A stretch of DNA of 64,000 nt from Paraspadella gotoi (Eukaryota > Animalia > Chaetognatha), in the NCBI GenBank assembly GCA_051294375.1, contig CM119265.1, positions 13,136,124-13,200,123 of the forward strand. Reading direction: 5' to 3'. The notes under the pieces are model-generated. The model worked only from the letters and a program-made list of their open reading frames with translations, was not told the origin of the DNA and searched no databases. Below, in pieces: positions 13,667-29,525 of the stretch. The first letter of the stretch is position 1. Each line of letters starts with the position of its first letter. Made by a program: the position numbers and the translations under genes.

Positions 13667-16327
13667 ATATGAAGACGTTGGGTTATAAGTGATTAAAAGT
13701 TTTGAGTTCAAAAGTGTAAAAACCATTCATAAAATATCATTAGTCAATTTAGTAAAATGGAAAAAGGAGAAAGAAATTTGTATTTAAATTTCGAACATCG
13801 GGCGGCCAGAATTACGTTTCAACGTCTGTTGTTTATTTGTGCCTCTGATTTTCGGCCATCAAACAAGCGAAGCTGTTTTTATTCAATGAGATATACGTCG
13901 GCAAGTGAACGTTTTTTATGAGAAAATGCTGGTCGGATTGTAAGACAGAGAAAAATTCAGTCTCTTCTGAATTCTCTCTCTCTCCTCGTCTCTCTCTCTT
14001 TCTCTCTCTCTGGCTTTTCCTTTGTTTTTACTTACTTCATGCTGCTACAGGATAGGATGTCCGTAGCAACTATTGTTGTTTATTTATTATAAACATTATT
14101 TTGTAATTTAAAAATTAAGGTTCCACACGAGGTTTTTTTCCGCTCGAGAGGGAAGCACCAGTTTTTGGACGACAGATGGACGTCTTTTGTTTTCCTGAGA
14201 TCCTGACGCTTTTACAGCTTCGGTTGCAATCCTCGTTTACGAGGCGTTAAACAGAGGCTGATGGTGGCGGTGACGTTGGCGTTGGTGAAGAGGATTTGGA
14301 CAAAGTCGCTGACGTTGCGTGAGATTGTTCGGTTGATGGATCAGAGAAGAAAAGGGTTGTGAGACTTGACGCAAGTCCTGAAGAGAAAATCAGTGATTGG
14401 TTTTTTTTTCTAAAACCTGTTAATAGAAAAGGAAATTTATTCACGCAGAAAGAAAATCGTTTTTTTTCCACGACTGGATTTCTCGGCGACTTTCGTGTGA
14501 TCTCAAATGAGATTGGGTAGGTTCCTCTTGAAGTCAGTGAAAGGGGCGGAATTCGTTAATAGTTGAAAGGAGGTGAGAACGACTCGTAGCGACCTCTCTG
14601 GTCGGTGACGGTGATTGACGAAAGTTGATAATGAGGGTTTCTGTCGACTCGCTAATATTGATTTAAAAAAAAACTCTCTCTCGCTCAAAGGATTCCGCTG
14701 GAAATTAGCTACTAAGCGATGGGACTAAAAAAATGTATTAAAAGACGGATGAGAGAAAAAAAAATTGCCACCCCTTCCCTTCCTGCCCCTCTCCCCCCCT
14801 TCCCCCTTAGAAAATTATCTTCACCCTTTCATCCTCGAATTAAACTCGGGATTTAATTTCGTCTCCCTTTTTTTCGCGCTCCATTTCGAAATCCGTATTT
14901 ACAGAGAAAATTAGGAGATCTTTTCAAACATCCAGAGTTGAAAAGTGACGAGTCATCACTCATAGGGCGAATCGTCTTCGCGGAGTCGTCGTCTTTGCCG
15001 GTGAGAGCAAACGGCGTAAATCGAATAACATCTTTAATTCCTTCGCCCCAAAACGACTTGACAGTGAAAAAAAAAATCGCCAGCCCTCTGGCGGAAACGA
15101 CATTGCTGCTTTCTCAAACTTAAATACTTTGAACAATTGAACATTATAAAAAACGGGCAAACTTGAGCAGCGAGGGGCAGAAAGTATTTTCTACCCGTCC
15201 ATCCATTCATAAGGACAAAAATTAGTCGATCAGTCTCTCCATCCATCCAGCTATCCATCCATCAATCCATCTATCCACCCAGACCTGTTTTTCAAAATGA
15301 GATTTTATCGCTTTTAGCGAGGAATTTTTCGCGGGAGTTTTGGACTCAAGAATCGAATTTCCTCTCTTAAAAAAAAAAAGATAAAATATTTGACTAAGAA
15401 AAGAATTTCGACTGAAGGCGACGCCTCTTTGGCTTATTGCGACGTTGTTCGAGGCAAACCGTTGGGATCGTGAGGGGTGACCTTAAATCCTGCTTATAGC
15501 TCTGCCCATAGACTAATTTGAATTAACTACTTTTCTTAAATATCCGAGGTTCATACGAAATTTGTTAAAACTAGAAGATGCAATATTACGTCGAAAACAA
15601 ATATAGACTTTATTGAGAAAATGCTTTGGTTACAATGTTTACATGTATAGAGTTTAACTTCGGCATGAGAGGAAGAGTCTTGGGCGATCACGCTATGACC
15701 AAGCTTTATTCAAGAACTCGGTCAAGCTAATGAGTGGATGAAATTTGCCTGGATGAAAATTGAAGAGTTTATTTAAATCGCCGCATCTTTGCCTCCTTTT
15801 TTCCGAAAGATGGCTAAACCGAAACAACAATCAATTGTAGCTGATTTTAATCCTTCCAGTTCTTTCAACTTTATAAACCTTTGAATTACTTAGCACCTTT
15901 TTCCGATATTAAGGGCAAATTTTCCTCAAAATGCCCATGAGGGGAAAAATGAAAGAAAAATAAAATGAAAATTAAAGAAAATATGTATTTCTTTTTTTTT
16001 CCGTCTAGAGGAAGGTCAGTCAAGCGAACTTAATACTTTTTTATTGCTTCTTTTTCGTTTCGTTGAGCGGAAACAAACTCTGGTCGATAGATTGAATTTT
16101 TGACGACCTTTGAAAGGGGCAATGGTCATTGATCAATGGTCTTGAACGAGGGATTTTCATAGACTGAATAATAAATGATTCTTAATTCATTAAAGTATCA
16201 AAATAGCGATTTGGATTGAAAACATATTAACAATGAGATGGCAGAAAACCAGCTAAAAATCTCCCATTGTTTCGTCCAAATTAAAAAAGAAAAAAAACTT
16301 ACATTTCAAAATTATTCAAATACAAAG

Positions 16328-16377
<50 letters not shown>

Positions 16378-17018
16378 TCTCATTCTCGGATAATATTGCT
16401 CGCTCTCATGCCAAAGTTTGACACTCATTGACCCTCAATGACATTCGCCCTTGGAGTCGTCAAAAAAAGACATCACAAAGTCAAAGCCATTTTTAAGAAC
16501 GAAGCTGGAAAGAGTTGGGATCATCTTTGCTCATTGCTCATCGTTCCAGTCGGAGACTTTGAGATTAGAGTGGATTATAGCGAAACTCAAATTACAAAAA
16601 AAATTGTATTGACATTACTCTAACCGACACGCTTTTTTAATTTCCTAAAAGAAGAGATATTTTCAGACTTTCCAGTCAATTACTCATCGGATCGTCAAAA
16701 ATAATCAAGTTTACGGCCCCCCGAAATCGTCGCATGATGCGGGTTCAGCGACGTTATTGACACACCCCCTCCCCCCCTTCAGCGGATGATAAATAAACAA
16801 TTTGATGGTCGGGCATGCTCATTCCCGGACGACACGCCCTGACTTGGCTTCTACGAATTTTTCTTTTTCCGCTCATCAGCTGCGATTCTGATTTCTTAAT
16901 CTCTTTTGCTTTTCGGTTTTGTTTCAGAAGAATGATTCATCAACAACATTGCAGAGTGTTGGAAGCTTGAGTCGGGAGTCTGAAAAGAACAATGTAAAAA
17001 TTTGAAGAGGTAAGATTT

Positions 17019-17084
<66 letters not shown>

Positions 17085-17302
17085 AAGAGAGACTTGAAAT
17101 CTTGAATTTCAGCCAACCGTTTTGAAGTGAATATTTTCATTGTTTGATCTAGGGGATGAAGGAGAGAGCAATTCAGTTAACAGATAAAATGTTAAATTTT
17201 ATAATATTTTGTAGCGATGCTCTTTTTATTCTCTCACAACAATTTTCAATATATTCTACACTTTTCAATATATTTGTTTAGTTTGCCCAGTCACCGGAAG
17301 CG

Positions 17303-20078
<2,776 letters not shown>

Positions 20079-21364
20079 AGTTGAACTATGTGAAATGACT
20101 TTTGTTTCGAACAGGGCAAAGCTTTTCCGCCAGGGGCGAATAGAGCGCTGAAAAACATTCGGTTTAAAATGCTTAACAATATAAAAACAAAATAGCCAGA
20201 GTTTAAGAAAATACCTTCTTGATGACATTTTTGGCAATCATTTGTTTATTCTATGTTATTTTTTAGCGGCAGATGATCAGTGACTGTGTTAAATGTTGGC
20301 GTCTTTCATTGACAACTATGTTTTTTGTTCAGAATTGATTATCGTCATATAGCGAATGTGCAAACGATTAGCATTTAGATTTACGCCTATTTTTATACTT
20401 CCGCAATTTTGCACTCTACGTTCTTTTGCATGACAAATTGACCAATGACCATGCGCAAAAAAAATAGTTCGAATAAAATGTATTCATATTTACGAAAAAA
20501 AATTTAGAGAAAGTTTTTATTAGAAGTAGTTTCAGATTGAGATTTCTGTCCATAAGCAGTTTATTTGCCAAATAATTTCAAATGTTTTTTAATTCATCTT
20601 CATTCCTTAACGCTCAGAAATTTCATAGTAAAACCAATTCTAATATAAATCTTACTTCATTTCCTTGCGATGACGATGAAGTCTATTCGAGGAAGTTTTT
20701 CGATTTGTTTTGATTTTTTAAAATTTTTAAATGGCATACCTCGGTTAAATCTGGGTTTGGCATTTACTCTAAACGAAAATGGCCCAATTTTCTCTGTTTT
20801 TCTTTTAAAATCCTGTTTTTAGTTTCTCAGTTCCACAGCACAGGATTTTTCTCTCTTTCGTTGCCTTTAAATTCTTCCTTCCCGCCAAAAATTCTTCCTT
20901 TTTCGACGTCAAGAAGTAATCGCGAACTAATTTTTCCCCCTTATTCTTTCGAAAAAAAAAGGCGTTCGTTCTTTTTCCTAACCTCACTTCTCTCCTTTTT
21001 TTCTCTCGCTTCACTCGAGATCACCAACTGGCATTTCTCCAAATCCCCCTTTTTTTGAGGAGGGCAGAAATGAGAGCGAGAGGACGGCAAAGGTGTGGCG
21101 GAGAGGGTAAGGACAAAACAAGGGAAAGGAATGTGGTGGGTAGATGGAAACTGGCAGAGGATTTAGATTTTCTCTTTCGAGTCAAACTCGTAACGAAATT
21201 AACCTTAATCGATTCTTTCTCCGTCGTTTAAATTGAAGAAATACCAAATAATAAAAAAAAAAATATTATCCCTCTCTTTATATTTCGACATCGAAAATGT
21301 ACATTTTTGGACAAAACGAGACTCGACGGATAAAAAAAAGTCTTTTGGGGCGTCGAAGTTTCTT

Positions 21365-21580
21365 TCAAGTTCCGAAGAGGACGACACCGATGAACAAGAG
21401 GGACGCCGGGCTGAATTTCGCCGACGAATCGGCGTTGGAACGGCTATGCAGAGGGCGCCGCGTGATTTTACGCCGCGGAGGCGGCGTCGTCTTTTTGGCG
21501 GCGTCGCTGGCGTCGGCGACCGAGAGAGGGCGCGACGCTGTCGTCAAGCGGACGTCTAAAAATAAAATAAAAAGGAGACT

Positions 21581-21643
<63 letters not shown>

Positions 21644-23571
21644 TCTTGTTCGTGCAAAATTCGAATTATTTCTACTTGATATTTCGTTGGAATTTCTTAG
21701 TAACGAGCTGAAGAATAAATTTCTTCATCATTCTTGCCAGAAACGACCGAAGCTTGGATGACTAATATCTTAAGAGCTCAACTGACGTAATAATGAATCA
21801 TACAAAGTTTTTAGGACACATTCACAGTCGTTTTCATATTATACCTTGACTGTTGTTGATTGGACCTCGGTGCAAAATCACTGTGACGTGTGGAGGCAGT
21901 GATGAGTTCAAGGGTAACGCACTACCATCGCTAACGCCACAACAAGATTCACAAATTATTAACGTAATAATCATTATTATTATTATTTGAAATATCTGTT
22001 GTTATCAATATTTATATTATAATTATTATTATTATTGTTATTTATTAGATTAATAAATATAAATTTAATCACGATATTGCATCATTCAGTTTTAAATAGG
22101 AACCTCCAAATTGATCAATCTCCAATAATTCTCCTCCAGAAGCGAAAACTCAACAGCAGCCTTCCCTCTTGCAAAACCGTCTCACTCCATCAATACACGA
22201 ACGAGAAATGAGGACAGAAAGGATCTTACGTTTAGTTAGTAATTACATCAGCATGCAACAATTATCGAAAACATATCTTAAGACTAAACTAATGAGTGAA
22301 TCTTCTTGCTTTGTTAGTGAAATGTTATTAGTCGAAAAGTGGGAGGCGTTCTCGTCGGCGGAGTCTCGATGCGAATTATTTGGAACAAGATTCAGGTCGA
22401 ATTCAGAATCAGATTCAAGATCAACATTCGTGCGATTGGGTAAGAATCCGACAGCAGAAGTTGGAATTAAAGGGACGTTCTCGTCTGGAAATAGGATATG
22501 AATCACTACGGTAAGATCTAAATGACAATATGTTGAGTTTGAAACAAAACTTCCTCTAAGGAGATGCTTCGGAAATAGGAATGACGTGATTTTTTAATGC
22601 TTGATTAAATTCATTAGGAGCTTTACATACAAATAAACGTAAAGACGCTAATAATGAACATGCACCCTTGTTTGCTACAATTAGGTTCAGGAAACACAGT
22701 TAATTTACGAAAACAATTGAAATAGTTAGTACGGAGGAGTTTGTAAAGATGAAGATAGTAAATGACTCTTGCAAAATTACGAAAGCATATGATTGAAATC
22801 GGCATCAACGTAATTTTATATTAATTTTACCCAGAGGATCCTTGACGCAGTCGTACTGAATTTCGAGAAAAAGACTGTAGTAATTCCCGCATTCGACGAG
22901 CGGGATTTGATCGACCAAAACCCAGCACTCTTTGGATACTCTGTGAATAACGAAGTCCGAAGAATTAAAGAATGAAACAAAGACAGAAAGATAGAAAGAA
23001 AAAAAAAAGAAACAAACCATAAAATTAAACATAGGTAGGAAAAATTTAGCAATAAGTCGAGCAAGCAAGCAAAACAAAATTCTAGCCCTCACTCTGGCGA
23101 GCATTTGACGCCCTTCCTGGCGACGCGGCACCCGTGATCTCCGCAGATGGTTGAGTAGAAGGCGTTGGTGATTCTGACGAAGTCGGCGCCGCAATCGAGG
23201 TGGACGAAAGGCGAAGGGGAGAGGACGCAGGCGCTGCTCGTCAAGTTGGTCGCCCAGCCTTGAAGAGATCGTCGGGAGAGGGCGGGGTAGGGTGGGGGGT
23301 GGTGGGAGGCGGTAAAGATCGGAGAAAAGATATTTGGAGAAAAGTTTTACCGCCAAATTAAGTTGAAAAATTAATTTGAAGATTGAAGGATTCTTTCTAA
23401 AAGCCGATCTGCTATTTCTTCACCTTTCGAAGCGCAACTCAAGAGAACGAGAAATGCGACGAAGACGTCCGAAGTTCCAACGCGGGGTGACGACGACGAC
23501 GACGACGATAGTTTTTGTAGCAAAGTTTGTTTCGCCGAAGCGTAATTTTGTCTTTTCCTCATGATGGCCAT
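21365..23571 (-). CDS. Secreted, probably GPI-anchored protein with a SUEL/Gal_Lectin-like Cys domain
   Basis: Exon 23571-23424 ends in a hydrophobic signal (VFVAFLVLLSCASKG). Exons ~23258-23093 and ~22940-22831 read SACVLSPSPFVHLDCGADFVRITNAFYSTICGDHGC...KCSPEVSKECWV...ECGNYYSLFLEIQYDC, and LEIQYDC matches the SUEL-domain ending. The last exon ~21555-21365 is S/T/P-rich and ends ASLLFIGVVLFGT*. Middle exons (possibly ~22,270-22,484) are uncertain. Confidence 0.6.
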
Positions 23572-24065
23572 TGCCTCTCGTTAGTGATATCTCTTGAAAT
23601 CTGAAAATGAACATTGTACAAACAAGCGTTTAACAAATTGATAATTTGGACGTGATTATATTTGAAAAGAGGAAAAGCAATAAATAGATCGAGTCACAGA
23701 CACGCCGCTTGATTCCATTACTTGGGAAGATATACTTTTATTAATTTATGTACGTTTATTTTGGTATGTAAATTTTTTGGGTCGGTTTGATTACTATTTC
23801 TGAGGAACATTATTAGGTCTAAGAATACAAAATATTCTCGAAGTCACCGAAATAATTTTTAAAAATGGAAACAAAAACACATTCGGTTGAATCCTTTGTC
23901 GGCAGACATCAAAGCAAACATAGGGTGACAAATTTTCTTTCCCTGCTTTTTTTTGTTGGCCGGGTATAAACGTATGTTACACGAAAAATTCGTGCGACGT
24001 AAAGATAGTTTTATATCAACAATTTTAAATTCTTTCCGTTTAATTTCTCTTTTTTTTCTTCACTC

Positions 24066-24190
24066 ACCTTCCTTCCTTCTCTTCTTCCTTCCTTCCTTCC
24101 TTCCTTCCTTCCTTCCTTCCTTCCTTCCTTCCTTCTTCCTTCCTTCCTTCCTTCCTTCCTTCCTTCCTTCCTTCCTTCCTTCCTTCCTTT

Positions 24191-24222
<32 letters not shown>

Positions 24223-24235
24223 TTTTTTCTTTCTT
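24066..24235. repeat. Compound (CCTT)n-(CTTT)n microsatellite
   Basis: Read directly. Confidence 0.95.
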
Positions 24236-24713
24236 TAATTTGCGGAGGCAGAGTCCTAATGTTGATCGTCTGATGTCACATCCCAGGACGAAAATCGCAA
24301 GAGGAAGCGTTTGTTAAGGGCAAGACCTTGAAAAGAGAGACTCAATAAAGAAATCTAAACGCCGCTCTTTTTGTTTGTCTCGTTTTTTTTTTTTTATTTG
24401 AGCTTGGCGTAAATAAAAAGATGAGTAAGGTTTGAATGAATTGTTCGGAACAAAGTTGCAAATTTGTTATCGAGAAAAGTAAATTAATTTTTTTAAATAG
24501 GATATTCTTTTATGCAGACCGAAACAAAAACAAAGAAACTTAGTCCGACGGAAGCTTCTCGAAAAATTTGTCAAACAAAAGATTAAATGAGAAAAAGATG
24601 TGAAAAATCTTTGATTCTCTTTTCACAAAAAAGGAGATCAACAGAATCTCTGTTGGATTCCAGGCAAAGAGAGGATTAACGTCTCTCTCTCTCTCTCTCT
24701 CTCTCGTCTACTT

Positions 24714-24793
<80 letters not shown>

Positions 24794-26240
24794 CCCTCGC
24801 CCCGTTGGATTCAAGAAATCCACCTCCCGACAAAAATCCTGAGAGAGTGAGAGAAACGCAAAAACGGGGAAGATGGGGGCGCAACTCAATTCTTCCTCTT
24901 CTCTCTGTCTCTCTTTCTCTCTCTCTCTCTCTCCGGCCCCTGAGAGTTTGTTTCCAAAATAGCGCATCGTTGGAGGCCTTGATTGTTCAACAGAGTAAAC
25001 AGGCAAAAACCTTTCAATTGGAGCTTTTTCTAATCTTTGACATTAGGATGGAAATATAGCCGAGAAACATTTGAAACAATCGCAGTTGGATACGAATTTG
25101 CGATCAAAAAGTTTAATGATGAGTCTGTAATAGTTTTATGATATTTGTTTGTGTTTTGAATCGATCGGTTGGTATCAATAAAGGTGAGATTTTTTAAGAG
25201 AAGAGAAACTGACGATGGAAAAAAACCTTTTGTAGTTTTGTGCTCGCGCCATTTTATTGTTGTTCAAAATGTTTTAATTAACATTCTGAATAGACGTAAA
25301 AGAGAAATCGGGTAGAAAGAGACATTCAGTTTCATGCCAATCCGCTTGGAAACCGCATTTCATATCCTCATTTATAAACTTCATTAGTTCAAAGACGCCA
25401 TATTCTCTTGATTTAAAATAAACGACAAATTTCGCAAACGAAGCAGAAATCAAAAATTTGGGAAAATTTGTGAAGTTAATTCAAGGGAACGAAAACAAAA
25501 AACGATTAAAATTCCGGGGTTTTTCGTTAAATGTCAAAAGTTTCATTTTATGAAGTTTTTAAATTTGTTTTGGCACCGTCGAAAGATTTTTATGAATCCA
25601 AATGTATGGAAACGAAAAATTAAACAAAAGAATGACTTACATAAAGAAATACAGGCACTAAATCAAAATATTGAAAGATTTTGAAATATTGACAAACAGA
25701 TTCATTTACGTTTCATGTCGATCGGAGGCGATTTAAAAATTGAGACAAAAATAGAAAATTTGAAAAGACCTGGAAGATCCAATTGGCAATAGAATTGCAA
25801 GGAAGGCAAAGGGAAGGACGTGAGAAAGAGAAAGAGAGAGGGAGAGGAAGATGACTCAGGTAACCAATCAAAAGTGAAGACTGTGAATCCGTCCTCCAAT
25901 CAACTCCTATCAAAAAAAATATTGTTTTTTTGTTTATTTTATTAAATATGCTATTTATAAAAACAGAAAAGTTCAATTTTGAAAAAAGATAAAAAAATGC
26001 ACAGATTTTCTATATATATAGAAAGTCTACTAAAATAGATCATAGCAGGCATATTTGGACAAGGACTAAATTCCTAAATCATTTAACTTCTGGAACGAAA
26101 ATATCAGATGTTTTTATAAATTCTCAATTTAAACTTCAAATCTAAAAACGAATTCGTCTTTTGTTATTTTTCGCGCTTCGTTTCGCGAGATCCGAAAAAA
26201 CAAAAGACCTCATGAAGAAAAATGCGTCGTTAAGGCAATG

Positions 26241-26254
26241 GCATCCTTAGCAAC
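26241..26254. promoter_or_regulatory. Candidate RFX X-box GCATCCTTAGCAAC upstream of AGBL5
   Basis: 13/14 match to RTHNYYWTRRNRAC, ~300 bp upstream of the ATG of a tubulin deglutamylase gene. Confidence 0.4.
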
Positions 26255-26557
26255 GCCCGACCGGCGTTTAGCTGTATTTCTAAATGGGCCCCTCTTCTAT
26301 AGATCAATTTGTAGTCGACTTAAAAATTATCGGGGGATTAAATTTCATAAAAGAAACGCCGTTAAGAATTTTACGCTACCGAGAATAATTAAAAAAACAA
26401 AAAATTAGTCGCTTAGAAATTTGTCGTACCGCCGACGCAAAAATCAGTCAAAAATTCGTTAATTATTATAAATGGTGAATACAACCTAATAAAATAGCAT
26501 GAATATTAAAATATAATCATCCGTGAAACCCGAGAAGCGAACCCCGGCAGGAAAAAA

Positions 26558-29456
26558 ATGGAGGTCAAATCCGGAGGCCTCGTCTTTTCCTCCAAATTCG
26601 ATTCGGGAAACTTGGCCGCAGTTGAATCGGTGAGAGCTAATAGTTTTTTTTTTCAATAAATGAAAACGAAAACCCTTCCATATTAATATAATTATGATCT
26701 CATATTGTTTGTCATCGAATCAGGTTGATTACGAAGATGAAGATTGCTATCGTTTCGAAGGGAAGGAACATCTGAAGGCCGATCAAGAGTTTAATATCTG
26801 GACCAAGCCGGTAGGTTTGTCGAACATCATCGAATAAGCAAAGTAAACAATAATAGATTAATTTTATATTTTATCTCTTCATTTCTCAATTCAATTCAGG
26901 ATTGTGGCGGAACTCCGTTCGAAAACATGAACCGAACCTGGTTTTACTTTTGCATCAAAAACGTCGTCGCCGGAAAATCGATTCGCATCAACGTCATGAA
27001 TCTCAACAAACAAGGAAAACTCTACATGCAGGGTAAGTTTGACAAGCGGGGCATGACAGTCTCATGTCTTGGCCTCCTCCCTTTCTTTTCGACAGGCATG
27101 GCGCCCATGTGGCGCGTGCTGCCCTCTCGCCCCAAGTGGGAACGCGTCCGCGATCGACCCGGGATCGATTCTTCCGACGAGCAATTCATCCTCAGCTTCT
27201 ACCATCGCTTCACGGATTCCAAAGGCAACGCCACCTTCTTCGTATTCTGTTATCCTTGGTCGTACGGAGAGTGTCAGGTGACGCCTGGTAGTTCGTTTTG
27301 AACTCATATCAGTTTCATTTGAAACTTACGACACCGGCCCGACAACCATGTTTATGAGTAATGAGTATACGTGACAGTTTTATGAAAAAACCCATAAATA
27401 CACGGATTTCAAATAGGAGTGAAATATGATGACTCTGATTGATATTTGATCTTTTTATTAGTTAAAAAATTCCCTGACGTTTATGTCCCAATATAACGAA
27501 TTGGGAATACTTTACATCATAACAACAGTTGCCTTACAGGAGCTTTTTTTGCAACTTTTTGGACTTTTGGTAGTTAAAAAAGAAAAAAACCGTCTGTATA
27601 TTTTTTTCTACCTAACAAAATATGATGATTAATGACTAATGATTAAGCCACAGTATTTGATCTTTTCATTTCACTCCCATTTTTAATCTGTATATTATTT
27701 TAACTAGATTCTTCCAAAGTGGAATGTCTTCTGTTTTTAGAAAATTTTTTTCTCTATCAGTCACTTTTCGGTCGGTCGCTCGGTCCGTTGGCATGTCTGT
27801 CCATCGGTCGGTCTCACTTATATTATAAATGCATATAATTTGCCTATAGTTGGTTGCTAATTTGTTAAGACAGAAAAAACCTCAAAACTAAAAAAAAACT
27901 TTTTTTGTCATGTCATGTCATGTCATTTCATATCATATGATCAAACGGATATACATGTGAAAAAAAGTCACTGCAGCGCAACACATTAGAATTACCGTTC
28001 TTGTTTTTAGGAGCAACTTCAGCGCCTCGATCGACGCTTTTCCGGTCGATCGCCAGCCTGGCTTCCTGTTTATCCTCCGCCGGGTGGAGGAAGTCACATT
28101 GCTCTCGCCAAGAAATTGCAGGTAGAAATTGATTTAAATTTTAATTCATTTTCCGACAATATTGGTTTTTACTTGACATTATGTGTGTTCTATTTACAGT
28201 CGCAGGAACTTTTTCTATATGTTAAATTATCCGTAACAACCTAATAATAAAATTTTTCACATCCCTTACAGTTGCAGTCGATCTCGGCCTACTCTCCCGA
28301 CGCCATCTACTATCACCGCGAGCCCGTCTGTTATTCCCTCGATGGACTGCGAATCGATCTCCTCACAAGTAAATTGTTGTTACCTTTATCGTTTTTAGAT
28401 AATCAAAACCATAGTTTTAATATTTATTATTTTGTTTATTCGTTTAAAATTGTTTTACGCGGCCTTTATTCCTGTAAATGGAATTCTTGTGAGTCGGCTG
28501 TATCACGGTAAATAACCCGTCCCCATCTGCAGTCACGTCTTGTCACGGGATTTTGCCGGAACGCGAACCTCGGCTGCCGAATCTCTTCCCCGACCCAAAA
28601 ACTCCTCGTCCTCATATATTTCAAGGAAAGCGGGTCTTCTTCCTTTCGTCAAGAGTCAGTATAAAATCTTGGTTCAAATCACCTTGAATTTAATCGAGTA
28701 TTTTAGGTGTTTTGACTTAGAGTGTTCTTTTTTTTCCAAGGTTCACCCCGGCGAGACCCCTGCGTCATTTGTTTTCAATGGCTTCCTCAATTTCCTCTTG
28801 CGGGAAAACGACGCTAGAGCGGCGCTGTTGCGGCGACTCTTCGTCTTTAAACTAATTCCTCTGTTGAATCCAGATGGCGTGAGAAGGGGTCACTACAGAA
28901 CTGGTGAGGCGACAAGAAAAAAAAAAATCATGGCGCCCTAATTCTCTAAAACCTAATTCCGCAGACCCGCGAGGCGTGAACTTGAACCGAGTTTATCTCG
29001 AGCCGGATTTCGATCTTCACCCATCGATCTTTGCCTCGAAATCGCTCCTTCTCTTCCACCACCGCGCCAATCGAGTCCCTTGCCAGGTTCAGGCCAAGAT
29101 CCTTGGCACCATCAAGAAGAAGGAGGCGGCGGAGAAAGCCGTCCGTGAGTCTGCGTGCGGGAGTCGTTGTTTTGTGTGTGATCGCTTGTTCTATTCGTTG
29201 TCTTTTTTCGGCAGAGCGTCAATCGCAAAGAAATCAAATGCGGCGGCATCATCGACCCAAGACGTCGACAAATCAGGAGGCGTGCGGCTCCGCCAAGGTC
29301 CGACAGCAACGCATCCAAAACAGCAACAACAACAATAACAACGTCGGCAGCGAAAGCAGCGCGAAAGGAAAAGAAACGCGACTCAAATCAGTCAGCAGTC
29401 AAACGGAGGAAAAGCTCGGGAGTTCCAAAGAAGAGAGGTGAGAGAGAGAGAGAGAG

Positions 29457-29525
<69 letters not shown>

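Noticed and set aside
7765-13726. Many ORFs with ERERER / LSLSLS runs, here and throughout the window
   Set aside because: They are translations of (GA)n/(TC)n microsatellites, which lack stop codons.
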